Positions 52,433 through 64,000 of a DNA stretch of 64,000 nucleotides are shown here, in pieces (positions within the stretch are counted from its first letter, which is position 1; every line of letters begins with the position of its first letter). Under the pieces are notes generated by a model. The model saw only the letters and a program-made list of their open reading frames with translations. It was not told the origin of the DNA and searched no databases. The stretch is taken from assembly GCF_009914755.1 (NCBI RefSeq), contig NC_060929.1; one strand, written 5' to 3'. A program made the position numbers and the translations under genes. Source of the stretch: the human T2T-CHM13v2.0 reference genome, Homo sapiens.

Positions 52433-52881
52433 CCCATTTCTTTCTTATGTAGAGTTGTGCACTTCTTCACTTCACCCACTCTAAGCTCAGGATCTGATTT
52501 TACACCACCCAAAACTAATGCAGTTGTTCTGTTAAGCAAACAATCATTTATTTTAGGTGCTTACCCTTCAGCATTAATAAATGTAAGAAGCTTTGATATT
52601 TATTTATTTCATTTCTCAAATTCTTAAGAAGTTCTGCCACATGCCAGTCTATAAATGATAAAGATTTCTTTTCACTCTGCTAGAGCAAGACTTTGTGGTT
52701 TTACTATATAATACATTCACAAGTTTGCACAGAGTCTAGCATTAGGCAGATCTGCTATCTACATTTGAGAAATTAACTAACCTTTTCTAAGCTTCTGTTT
52801 CCTTCTCATTAAAACAAGCAAAGTATATAACTTTTAAGATTGTTGAGAAACTAAAAATACTAAATGAAATGCAAAATTTCA

Positions 52882-53384
<503 letters not shown>

Positions 53385-53554
53385 AGAGAGAGAGAGAGAA
53401 AGAAAGAGGAAGGAAGGAAGGAAGGAGCGAGACAAAGAAAGAAGAAAAAGAAAGAGAGAAATAAGAAAGAAAAGAAAGAAAGAGAAAGAAAGAAAAAAAG
53501 AAAAGAAAGAAAGAAAGAAAAAGAAAGAAAGAAAGAAAGAAAGAAAAAAAGAAA
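53385..53554 (+). repeat. Alu-tail-derived (GA)n/(GGAA)n/(GAAA)n purine tract
   Basis: Direct reading. Confidence 0.95.
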
Positions 53555-55024
53555 CTACCTTCTTCAACGTTGGTTCCTGCCTTCCTTGATTGCTTGGAAC
53601 CAGTTTTTGGTCTCTGTGTTAAAAAACCTACTCAAGCTCTGAAATTTTAAATTCTTCAGGAAGGAGGAGACTTTTAAAATTTATCTTCTCTCCAATTAAC
53701 TGCCATTTTCCCCCTTTCTTTTGTTCCTCTTTATAATAGTTGAATTTCTACTTATATCTCCTTAGCTTATAATTTTTAATTACTGTCAGATGGAAGCTCT
53801 AGATTAATTAATCTCACCAGATGGCCCTTTAAAACTCATGCATATTATATTTAAGGCATTATCCTTGCTCATAAGACAACTCTAGTAATAATATTTAGTG
53901 CTCTATCCCTGGTTCTGAGTCTCTATTTCCCCCAGCTTAAAGTTGGATTTAGGTCTTGATTAAGTGGCTTATAATTACTTCCATTTGCCTGTGAGCAAGA
54001 GTTGGTTAGCACACCGTGTCTTACTTTACACACACATGGTATAGTTTTGCCAATAATTCTATGCTAATTGTTCTCAATTTCCCATATTTAAAAATTGGGT
54101 GTAATTTAAGGGCTCATACAGACTCATTTTAAAAAATAGGAGCATATGATAAATATATTCTAGAAAATCTCCTTGGATTATTATCTTATCAAATGCTTCA
54201 TGAGCATAACCACTTTTTAGGAGGTAACCATTAGAGAGTGACATCAGCAAGATGGTGGGATAGAAGGTCCTACCTCTAGTTCTCCTCATAGAAATATCAA
54301 CCAGCAACTAGTCACTGACAAGGATGCCTTTGTGAAAATCCCAGAACCTGAGGGTGAGGCATCATTAAAACTGCAAAAAGCCCCATAAAGCCACATTAGA
54401 AAAGTAAGAGGAACACTTTCCCTTTCACTGTGTTTTCCCTGCCCCAGGCTGGCACAGCACTACACTGAGAGATTTCCTTAGGCCTAGAGTTTGTGCAGTG
54501 GGGAAAAGAGAACCCAAGAACAATATACAGCTTCCCAAGCATATTGACGTGCCTTCTGGAAGGGCCACTTCTATCCTTCTTCACAGAGAGCACTGGGGGG
54601 ACTAGACTACTTGGGGTCACATAGGAACAAAGAAAGGGGGTGGGTTTACAGCAGTCAGCACATGGATCTTGGCAGAGGCATTGTATCCCTACAGGCAGTG
54701 TGATCTAGCCAGAATGCAACCAGTGGCTCTACCTACCATCAGAGTTGATCCAGTAGTTCAGTACTCCCCAGCTGGGGTCCCTAGTCAATGGTCCAGCCCA
54801 ACCTTGGAGCATTGCTATTGGCTTTTCTTAAGCAGGTAGCCCATTCAGCAACCCTATACAACTGCAGAATATAGACTGTAGTCCTGCCTGACCAAGGAAC
54901 CCAGGAAGAAATTCTGCCCATTTTCAGAGCCCAGAGTGTGGTTCTGGATTGGCCGGAAGCCAAGCCAGAAGCCCTGTTCAATTGAGGAGCATAGCCTGCA
55001 GATGCACCTAATAAGAAAGCCTGG

Positions 55025-55402
55025 TGATATGGTTTGGCTGTGTCCCCACCAAAATCTCATCTTGAATTGTAATCCCCATAATCTCCACGTGTCAAGGGAG
55101 AGACCAGGTGGAGGTAATTGAATTATGGGGCTAGTTTCTCCCATGCTGTTCTTGTAATAGTGAGTGAATTCTCACGAGATCCCATGGTTTTAAAAGGGGC
55201 TCTTCCCCCTTCACTTTCCGCTTCGCCTCCCTGCTGCCCTGTGAAAAAGGTGACTTGCTTCTCCTTCGCCTTCTACCATGATTGTTAAGTTTCCTGAGGA
55301 CTCCCCAGCCATCCTGAACTGTGAGTCAATTAAACCTCTTTCCTTTATAAATTACCCAGTCTCAGGCAGTTCTTTATAGCAGTATGAAAATGGACTAATA
55401 CA
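55025..55402 (+). mobile_element. MaLR solo LTR (THE1D/MSTA-like)
   Basis: 'tgatatggtttggctgtgtccccacc...gtgagtcaattaaacctctttcctttataaattacccagtctcagg...ggactaataca'. 5-bp TSD cctgg/cctgc. Confidence 0.95.
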
Positions 55403-56777
55403 CCTGCTAAGCAACCTTCCTGGCCATGGAGCATAGCTTATGGCCCTGCCTTGTGGCAAAGCCCAGTATCCTCCCTGTGGAGCCTAAACTAAGGCCCTGC
55501 CTAATTACAGAGCACAGCCCAGGCACAAAGCTCAGCCAGTGATTCCACTCAAATACAGAGGATAGCCTGTTGTTCTGCTTGATTCAGGAGCCCAGACTAT
55601 AGCCCCCTCCAACTGCAGGGTACAACCCATAGCCCCTCCTAAACTGGAAGGCCAGTAGTGACCCCAGCTGGCCACAGAACACAGCCTAAACCCGAAGCTC
55701 AGCTAGCAGACCACCCAACTGTGGAGTTCAGACTTTAGCTCTGCCTGATTTCATAGCACAGTGACTCTGCCCAGCTAGAGACTGATAGCAAGCTTTGCCT
55801 ACCTACAGATACTACTAGCTAACTTATCCAGAACTTTAGGCTGGACTAACTGGCAAAAGTCTATCCCTGCCAAAGCAAACAATTCTAAAAATGGCAATAG
55901 TAAGTCCTTACCTCTCAATGTTTACTTTAAATGTTAATGGATTAAATTATCCAATCAAAAGACATAGTGTGTTTGAATGGATTAAAAAGCAAAATAAAAA
56001 AGCTGCAACAAGAGATTTTTTTAGACCTAAGAACACATGTAAGCTAAAAGTATAGAATGGAAAAAGATATTCCATGCAAATAGTAACCAAAAGAGATCAT
56101 AAATTGCTATATTTATATCAGATAAGATACACTTTAGGTGAGAAACAGTCACAAGAGACAAAAGGATCCTTACATGATGAAAAGTGGAAAATTTACCTAG
56201 CAAATATAACAATTGTAAATAGTTATATACCCAGCATCAGAGCACGTAAATACATAAAGCAAATACTATCAGAACTGGAAGGATAAATAAACAGCAAAAC
56301 AATAATAGTAAGGGACTTTAATACCCTCTCTCAACAATAGGTATATAATAAAGAGTGAAAACATGAAAAGGTAAACCATGGATTTGGACAACACTATAAA
56401 CCAAATGGACCTAACAGATATATACAGAACATTATACTTGACAACAACAAAATATACCTTCTCAAGCATGCACAGAACATTCTACATTATAAATCATGTA
56501 TTAAGCTACAAAATACATTTCAACAAATTAAAAAACTTTGAAATCATATCAAGTATTGTTTCCAACAACAGTGGTATGAAATTAGAAATCAATATAAGGA
56601 AAATTAGAAAATTCACAAAAATGTGAAAATAATAGAATCTTGAACAACCAATGTGTTAAAGGAGAAATCAAAAGAAAAACATAAAAAAATCTTAAAAAAT
56701 AAAAGCACAACACATAAAACCTTATAGGATGTAGGAAAAGCAGTCCTGAGAGAGAAATTTATAGCTACAAATGCTGA

Positions 56778-56907
56778 ATACCTGTGTGACAAAAGAATCT
56801 GTGCATCACAAACACCCAAGACAAGTGTTTATATAACAAACCTGCACACGTTCCCCGAACTTAAAATATTTGAACTTAAAATAAGTAAAAAAAAAAAAAA
56901 AAAAAAA
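56778..56907 (+). mobile_element. Extreme 3' tail of an L1PA13-16-type element plus polyA, inside the L1M
   Basis: 'aatacctgtgtgacaaaagaatctgt...ataacaaacctgcacacgttccccgaacttaaaata' + A-tract. Confidence 0.8.
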
Positions 56908-57347
56908 GAGAAATCTTAATATTTCACCTTCAGGAACTAGAAAAAGAATAAACCAAGCCCCTGATTAGCAGAAGGAAAGACATACTGAAGACTGTAGCAG
57001 AAATAAATAATAGAATAGAAAAACAATAGAAAATGTAAATGAAATGGAGTTGGTTTTATTCCAAAGATAAGCAAAATTGACAACCCTTTACCTAGGCCAA
57101 TCAAGTGAAAACAAGAAAGAACTCAAATGAATAAAATTATAAATAAAAAAGGAGACCTTAAAATTGGTACTGCAGATATACAAAGGATCATATGAAAGGA
57201 ATATCGACAATTGTGTCTCACAAATTAGATAAGCTAAAATAAATGGATACATTCCTAGAAACTATAATGTACCAAGACTGAATTATAATGAAATAGAAAA
57301 ATCTAAGCTGATTAGTAAAGAATAAGGAGACTGAATCAGCAATCAAT

Positions 57348-57505
57348 AGTTTTTAAATTGATTACATGTTGAAATAATCTTTTGCATATGTTGGATTAAA
57401 TATTTTCTTAAAATTAATGTCGCCTGTTTCTAATTTTTAATGTGTCTACTAGAAAATTTAAAATTCTGTATGTGGCTTGCATTGTATTTCTATTGGAAAG
57501 TCCTG
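57348..57505. mobile_element. MER33/MER3-type hAT DNA transposon, partial
   Basis: 'attgattacatgttgaaataat...ctactagaaaatttaaaatt...tatgtggcttgcattgtatttctattgga'. Confidence 0.8.
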
Positions 57506-58667
57506 AGTTAGTCCATCACTTGCTGGTGCCTCACATGTATTTTATTCACTGGTGCACTTGTAAGTAGTGTCATTATTCACTAATCAGTGAACTTTCAAAG
57601 ACCTTTCCACTTTCATGTTGACTGTGAGGGGAAGCCCAGGGAATAAATTATTCACTCTGTAGTATTGAGGAAGCATTTAGTAGATCCCAGGAGGAGTGTT
57701 GAACTAAGGGCAGTTTTAGGCAGACAGGCCTCTGACATCACCTCTATTTTGAAGGGTTTGAAACCTTGCTTCAACCGAAGCATGTATCATTGTGTTTCCT
57801 CGTGTTGCCTGGTTGTGTATTTACTCCCAGAAACAGCCACTGCTTTCCAAGGCTTATATAAAAATCTGATTATATTTTACTAAAATTTTTAGTTGCTGTT
57901 ACTTTGATTCATTTTGACCCAATATTCTCAATATTAACAGATTTCTAGTACTAATCATTATTTTTTCAGTGCTTTTATCTTTCCTGCCAACGTAATAACC
58001 TTCCCAAGGGAACTTAAATATTTTCCATCAAAGCAACAATAATCAAATGGCAAATGAGACTGACATTTGTTAGAAAGGGAACTGACAGCAAAATCAAAGG
58101 TAATTAACCAGGCCAGTTTGGCATGGGGAAATTATTAAAATCTTAACAAGATTAACTATAGACTTGTTGAAAGCCCAGGAGCCAATTCCTTTTGTTTTAT
58201 TTGTTATCTAGTTTGATAATGTGCTCCTTGTCAGGCACAGATACTGTTATGCTTTGGCTATGACTGCCAGGACTAACAGAATTGGCTATTTAGCCCTTCA
58301 TCAGGGTGCTGGGAAGGTGAATTATAAAACCGATAAAAGCTATGCTCTTAATACAACTATTCTGATGTTATATTTCATCTAACTCAATATTTATTCATCT
58401 AGAGTAATCTCAACACCAAAATAAGAACTCAACTCAAAGAAAATATCAGCCAGAAAATGTATTTTTATGAAAATCAAATACTGGTTTTACTTTCTATGTC
58501 AGTTTTTATAATAGCAATTCATTTAAGAGCTATTTGTGTACAATTGCTTGAATAGCAAAATTGTCATTCAGAATTTGCTTCATTACCTCATTATACAGGC
58601 TTTTATTAAGATCTGCTATGTGCCAATCACTAGGCTGGGCTCTGTGGAAAATACGAGGAATCATTTT

Positions 58668-58995
58668 CGCCAGGTGCGGTGGCTTACTCCTGTAATCCCA
58701 GCACTTTGGGAGGCTGAGGCGGGTGGATCGCCTAGGTCAGGAGTTCAAGACCAACCTGGCCAACATGGTGAAACCCTGTCTCTACTAAAATTACAAAAAT
58801 TATCCAGGTGTGGTTGCAGGCGCCTGTAAACCCAGCTACTAGTGTGTGCTTAGGCAGGAGAATTGCTTGAACCTAGGAGACAGAGATTGAAGTAAGCCGA
58901 GATTGCACCACTGCACTTCAGCCTGGGTAACAGAGCAAGACTGTTTCTCAAAAAACAAACACGACCATAACAAACAAACAAAAAACAACAAAAAC
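58668..58995 (+). mobile_element. AluS (Sx-like)
   Basis: Full dimer with a (CAAA)-type tail. Confidence 0.93.
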
Positions 58996-59017
58996 CCTCA
59001 ATTAAAAAAAAAAAAAA

Positions 59018-60827
59018 ATTTTTTAAATTTTAAGTTCTGGGATACATGTGCAGAACATCCAGGTTTGTTACATAGGTATACATGTGCCATGGTGGTTTGC
59101 TTTACCCATCAACCCGTCATCTACATTAGGTATTTCTCCTAATGCTATGCATCCCCTAGCCCCCCACCCCCAGACAGGCTCTGGTTTGTGATGTTCCCCT
59201 CCCTGTGTCCATGTGTTCTCATTGTTTAACTCCCACTTATGAGTGAGAACATGCAGTGTTTGGTTTTCTGTTCTTGTGTTAGTTTGCTGAGAATGATGGT
59301 TTCCAGCTTCATCCATGTCACTGCAAAGGACATGAACTCATCCTTTTTTATGGCTGCATAGTATTCCATGGTGTATATGTGCCACCTTTTCTTTATCCAA
59401 TCTATCATTGATGGGCATTTGGGATGGTTCCAAGTCTTTGCTATTGTGAACAGTGCCGCAATAAGCATATGTGTGCATGTGTCCTTACAGTAGAATGATT
59501 TATAATCATTTGGGTATATATCCAGTAATGGGATTGCTGGGTTAAATGGTATTTCTGGTTCTAGATCCTTGAGGAATCACCACACTGTCTTCTACAAAGG
59601 TTCAACTAATTTACATTCCCACCAACAGGGTAAAAGCATTCCTGTTTCTCCCTGTCCAGCCATCTGTTGTTTCCTGACTTTTTAATGATAGCCATTCTAA
59701 CTGGTGTGAGATGGTATCTCATTGTGGTTTTGATTTGCATTTCTCTAATGACCAGTGATGATGAGACTTTTTTTATATGTTTGTTGGCTGCATAAATGTC
59801 TTCTTTTGAGAAGTGTCTGTTCATATCCTTCGCATACTTTTTGATGGCATTTTTTTTCTTGTAAATTTATTTAAGTTCTTTGTAGATTCTGGATATTAGC
59901 CCTTTGTCAGATGGATAGATTGCAAAAATTTTCTCCCATTCTGTAGGTTTAGTACACTCTGTTCACTCTGAAGATAGTTTATTTTGCTGTGCAGAAGCTC
60001 GTTAGATTAAATAGATCCCATTTGTTAATTTTGGCTTTTGTTGCCATTGCTTTTGGTGTTTTAGTCATTAGGTCTTTTTCCATGCCTATATCCTGAATGG
60101 TATTGCCTAGATTTTCTTCTAGGGTTTTTATTGTTTTAGGTCTTTTGTTTAAGTCTTTAATCCATATTGAGTTAATTTTTGTATAAGGTGTAAGGAAGAG
60201 GTCCAGTTTCAGCTTTCTGCATATGGCTAGCCAGTTTTCCCAACACCATTTATTAAATAGGGAATCCTTTCTCCATTGCTTGTTTTTGTCAGGTTTGCCA
60301 AAGATAGATGGTTGTAGATGTGTGGTGTTATTTCTGAGGCCTCTATTCTGTTCCATTTGTCTATATATTTGTTTTGGTACCAGTACCATGCTGTTTTGGT
60401 TACTATGTCCTTGTAGTATAGTTTGAAGTCAGGTAGCATGATACCTCCAGCTTTGTTCTTTTTGCTTAGGATTGTCTTGGCTATGTGGGCTCTTTTTTGG
60501 TTCCATATGAAATTTAAAGTAGTTTTTTTCTAATTCTCTGAAGAAAGTCAATGGTAGCTTGATGGGGATAGCATTCAATCTATAAATTACTTTGGGCAGT
60601 ATGGCCATTTTCACGATATTGATTCGTCCTATCCATGAACATGAAATGCTTTTCATTTTTTTGTGTCCTCTCTTATTTCCTTGAGCAGAGGTTTGTAGTT
60701 CTCCTTGAAGAGGTCCTTCACATCCCTTGTCAGTTGTATTCCTTGGTATTTTATTCTCTTTATAGCAATTGTGAATGGGAGTTCACTCATGATTTGGCTG
60801 TTTGTCTATTATTGGTGTATAGGAATG
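59018..60827 (-). mobile_element. 5'-truncated L1PA7/8-like element (ORF2 C-terminus + 3'UTR)
   Basis: Minus-strand ORF remnants ([32 protein letters not shown]). 3'UTR 'aagttctgggatacatgtgcagaac...catctacattaggtatttctcctaatgc'. Confidence 0.95.
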
Positions 60828-61624
60828 AAAACTCCGTTTTAACTGGAGAAAAAGAAATGAAGTCAAAATGATTAAAATGCCTTGTGAACAGTATAGAAAT
60901 TGACCAGATTATTGACAGTTTCTCCTTGTAGTCTGTAGGCCTCTAGTGTAGCATCATTTTTTATCTTTACATATTTCTTGGCACCAACAATCATAACTTT
61001 TTAATACATAAAGTCACTTTGAGTTGTGTGCATTTTCACTTCTTTATGAAAAATTTATATTTTTTTGTTTTGGAATAATTTCCTTAGCTACAAAAAATAG
61101 ATTATTATTTCCTATGGAACATTAGTTTCATCATTCTGGTTTTTAGAAGTTTTCTCTTATGATTACAGTACCAGATGTTAAAATTGCTATGTTGTCTAAC
61201 CATCTGAAGCAAAAGCAGATTGTTTACCTCACTTTTCTGGAGCTTTGTCTCTTTGGGAGAAAAAAATCTATTTTATATGACAGTTGTGTTCACAGATCAG
61301 TCCATGGAATCACTGAATACTGAGTTATAGTTATTTATGTGTTTGTGACTTTAGCATATAAAATGATACAACTGAATCATATATGTTTATCTGTTTGTAA
61401 AGATTCAGGTTACTATTCTTACATGTTTTGGGTATCTAGGATAGTGCAAATCTAAAATGATGCAATATGGTAAAGAGGCAGTTCTTCAGAGAAATATACC
61501 AAAGATATTTGGCGCCTACTGCTAGCCACCTATGAAGGCCTCATACAACACAGCTCATTGGCAGAACAAATGTAATATCTTGAATCAAGGTTACAAGCTA
61601 ATGATTCCAGGCCCAGATACAAAT

Positions 61625-62061
61625 TCAATAGTGTCCCTGCAAAATTCATGTCTACCTGGAACCTCCGAATGTGACCCTATTTTAATATAGGGTCTTTGCT
61701 TATGTAATCAGGTTCAATGAGGTCATACTAGATTACAGTGAGCCCTATTTCAATGACTGGTGTCTTTGTAAGTAGTGGGAAATTTGAAAACAGAGACATA
61801 CAGATGAGCAGGGGAAAAGGGATATGAATAGAGAGGCAGAGTTTGGAGTGATGCAGCTGCAAGCTGAGGAACTCCAAAGATTGCCAGGCAGAAGCTAGAA
61901 AAAATTCAAGGAAGAATCCTGCCCTACAGCCTCCAGAGAGTGGGTGAACTTGCCAATACATTGCTTTTGGATTTTGTCTTACAGAGCTACACGGGAATAA
62001 CCTTAATTTAAGCCACTCAGTGTGTGGTATTCTGTTACAGCATCCCTAGGAACCTAATATG
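61625..62061 (+). mobile_element. MaLR LTR (MLT1B-like)
   Basis: 'caaaattcatgtctacctggaacctccgaatgtgacc', 'caatgactggtgtc', 'tttaagccactcagtgtgtggta...ctaggaacctaata'. Confidence 0.9.
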
Positions 62062-62558
62062 TGTAGCATCAGTTTCTTACCTTCCAACTTGGAGGCTGAA
62101 CTGGAGTAGAATGTAGAATTTTGGAGCAGTGATAAACAATAGGAGTTGTGACAGGCTTAAGTTGTATGAAAGATGCCCTTAAGATTTTCCCATTAGAGAC
62201 TCAAAGAGTTGAGTATAAGAGCGTAGCCCACATTCTTCTGCATTCATTCCAGCTAATGTTTAAATCAGAGATTCAGATCAGGTTTTGGTGCATTAAAAGT
62301 GGTATGAGTGTAATTAAGAATCTATATTTTGCAACGTCACTTATGTGTTTGTGAGGCCTTCGTTTCTTTGTATGTCTTACTCAATTGTTTTTTGATTTTA
62401 ATTTCTACTTTGCCTAAAATGAAATAGGATACATTATTTTACTCACCTTGGAAAGAATCCTCTAGCTTCCATTTCACCCAGTACCCAGGTAAAGGAGGGA
62501 AGGCAGCTCTTTCAATTCGAGAGACCAAAAAGGGGAGAGGAGTTGCCATAAACATGAA

Positions 62559-63233
62559 GTATCTTAGTTTATTCAGGCTGCTATAACAAAATACCATCAA
62601 CTGGGTACCTTATAAACAACAAAAAATTGTTGTCTCACAGTTCTGGAATCTGCGAACTCAAGATCAAAGTGTAAGCAGATTCAATTTCTGTCGAAGGTGC
62701 ACTTTCTCATTCTTTTTTTTTTTTTTTTTGAGACGGAGTCTCACTCTGTCACCCAGGCTGGAGTGCAGTGGCGCGATCTCGGCTCACTGCAAACTCTGCC
62801 TCCCGGTTCACGCCATTCTCCTGCCTCAGCCTCCCGAGTAGCTGGGACTACAGGCTCCCGCCAGCACGCCCGGCTAATTTTTTGTGTTTTTTTTAGTAGA
62901 GACGGGATTTCACCGTGTTAGCCAGGATGGTCTCGATCTCCTGACCTCGTGATCCGCCCGCCTTGGCCTCCCAAAGTACTGGGATTACAGGCGTGAGCCA
63001 CCTCGCCTGGCCCCCTTTCTCATTCTTTTATCCGTGTCCTCACACAGTGGAAGAGGTAAGCTAGCTCTCCGTGGTCTCTCTTTTTCCATGAAGGCACTAA
63101 TCCCAATTATGATGGTTCCACCCTCATGACTCAAATACCGCCCAAAGGTCCCACTTTCTAATACCATCAACTTGAAGTTTGGATTCCAACATAAGGATTT
63201 TCTTGAGGGGACACAAACATTTAATCTGTAGCA
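62559..63233 (-). mobile_element. MaLR LTR (MLT1A-like) interrupted by AluY
   Basis: 'gtatcttagt...caggctgctataacaaaatacc' continues after the Alu as 'gtgtcctcaca...gcactaatccca...ctaataccatca...gacacaaacatt'. Confidence 0.88.
62713..63012 (-). mobile_element. AluY
   Basis: 'ttcacgccattctcctg', 'caccgtgttagccaggatggtctcgatctcctgacctcgtgatccgccc'. TSD ctttctcattctttt (62702-62716 / 63015-63029). Confidence 0.97.
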
Positions 63234-63797
63234 TCAAGAGAATACAAGAGGGTCAGACTAGAGGGAGCTTACACGTTAATCAATTTAGGCCTGAGATTTT
63301 CCCTCACACTTAGAAAACTTCGGCTGACAAATGATGTTGCTATCCAGAGATTTTCCTCTGATACTTTATAACAAAAGAATAAGAAGTACACCTCATGTTG
63401 GCAAGGTTGTCACTACTTCCTGCTGTAACCCAAGTGAGGATGACGGCATGTGCACTCTTTGTTACATGTATCACATGCCTGATGCTGACAACTCACTCTA
63501 ATTCTTTATAATCAATAGAATTTTGCCATTTTTCAGCCAGGCTCTGAAAAGTCCTGATTATTTTAGCCTTAATGGAATACCCCCTACATTCCCTCAAACC
63601 CTAAGAATCACTACAAGAAACACTGAGAATAGATTTCCAAGGGAAGAACATTTGGATGTCTTAATCATACATTATCAACCCAGGACACGCCCAGAAGGAC
63701 CCCTAAAATATAAGCTTTCTATTTCTTCCTGTCTTTTGTTTGTCATCTCTCTTAATTAACAAGACTTTAAGATTTAACAACAATCAGCTTGTGTCCT

Positions 63798-63985
63798 GGA
63801 GAGAGTAGAGTGGTTGAAAGCACAGACTCTGGAGCCAGACTGCCTGGATTCACATCTCAGCTCTAATGCTTACAGGCTCTGTGACACTGTGCAAGCTTTC
63901 ATGAATTAATCTACAGTAATAAAGTAATATGAGAATTGCTATTGTCTTTATGTTACACTGAAAGTAGGTAGACGCTCTCATGAAA
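63798..63985 (+). mobile_element. MIR
   Basis: 'agtggttgaaagcacagactctggagccagactgcctggattcacatctcagctct...ctgtgac'. Confidence 0.85.
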
Positions 63986-64000
63986 ATTCTTTTCAGAAGT

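Larger units (their letters stand above)
54232..57346 (+). mobile_element. Old L1M (L1MA-type) 5'UTR joined to the ORF2 endonuclease region; ORF1 absent, 3' truncated
   Basis: 5' end 'gagagtgacatcagcaagatgg'. ORF2 start at 55891 'atggcaatagtaagtccttacctctcaatgtttactttaaatgttaatggattaaat'. 'QMDLTDIYRT' appears in the ORF track. Confidence 0.85.

Noticed and set aside
62375-62450. Consensus minus-strand splice donor (AAG|GTGAGT at 62447/6) and acceptor (ttcattttag at ~62414) downstream of the MLT1A LTR
   Set aside because: The donor and acceptor are only ~33 nt apart, too short for an intron, and one or two perfect donor 9-mers are expected by chance in 64 kb on two strands.

Overview
Primate (most likely human or great-ape) AT-rich, repeat-dense non-coding DNA, either intergenic or deep intronic. 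I can support no host protein-coding exon, RNA gene, CpG island or CRISPR array. Nearly all ORFs in the track are by-products of Alu, LINE-1, LTR or microsatellite sequence. The main content is: (1) a full-length, decayed ~6.8-kb L1PA13-like element (23505-30270) nested in the 3' UTR of a 5'-truncated L1PB; (2) a second, older L1M 5'UTR/ORF2 relic carrying a THE1 LTR; (3) eight near-full-length Alus plus one fragment, three of them AluY; (4) many MaLR/ERVL LTRs, including an LTR-int-LTR MLT1H-like provirus; (5) L2, MIR and MER DNA-transposon fragments; (6) a duplicated cassette at 41.9-43.2 kb whose two copies hold different (TA)-derived micro/minisatellites. The most unusual signal is an antisense reading frame across the tandem-monomer 5'UTR of the L1PA13-like element. 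It is 244 codons long and continues for 84 more past a single TGG>TAG stop, with three in-frame peptide repeats. It is a candidate ORF0-analogous antisense L1 ORF, but chance openness in a GC-richer repeat is not excluded. Repeat subfamily names come from visual recognition of consensus motifs, not from a RepeatMasker run. Boundaries of old repeats are approximate.
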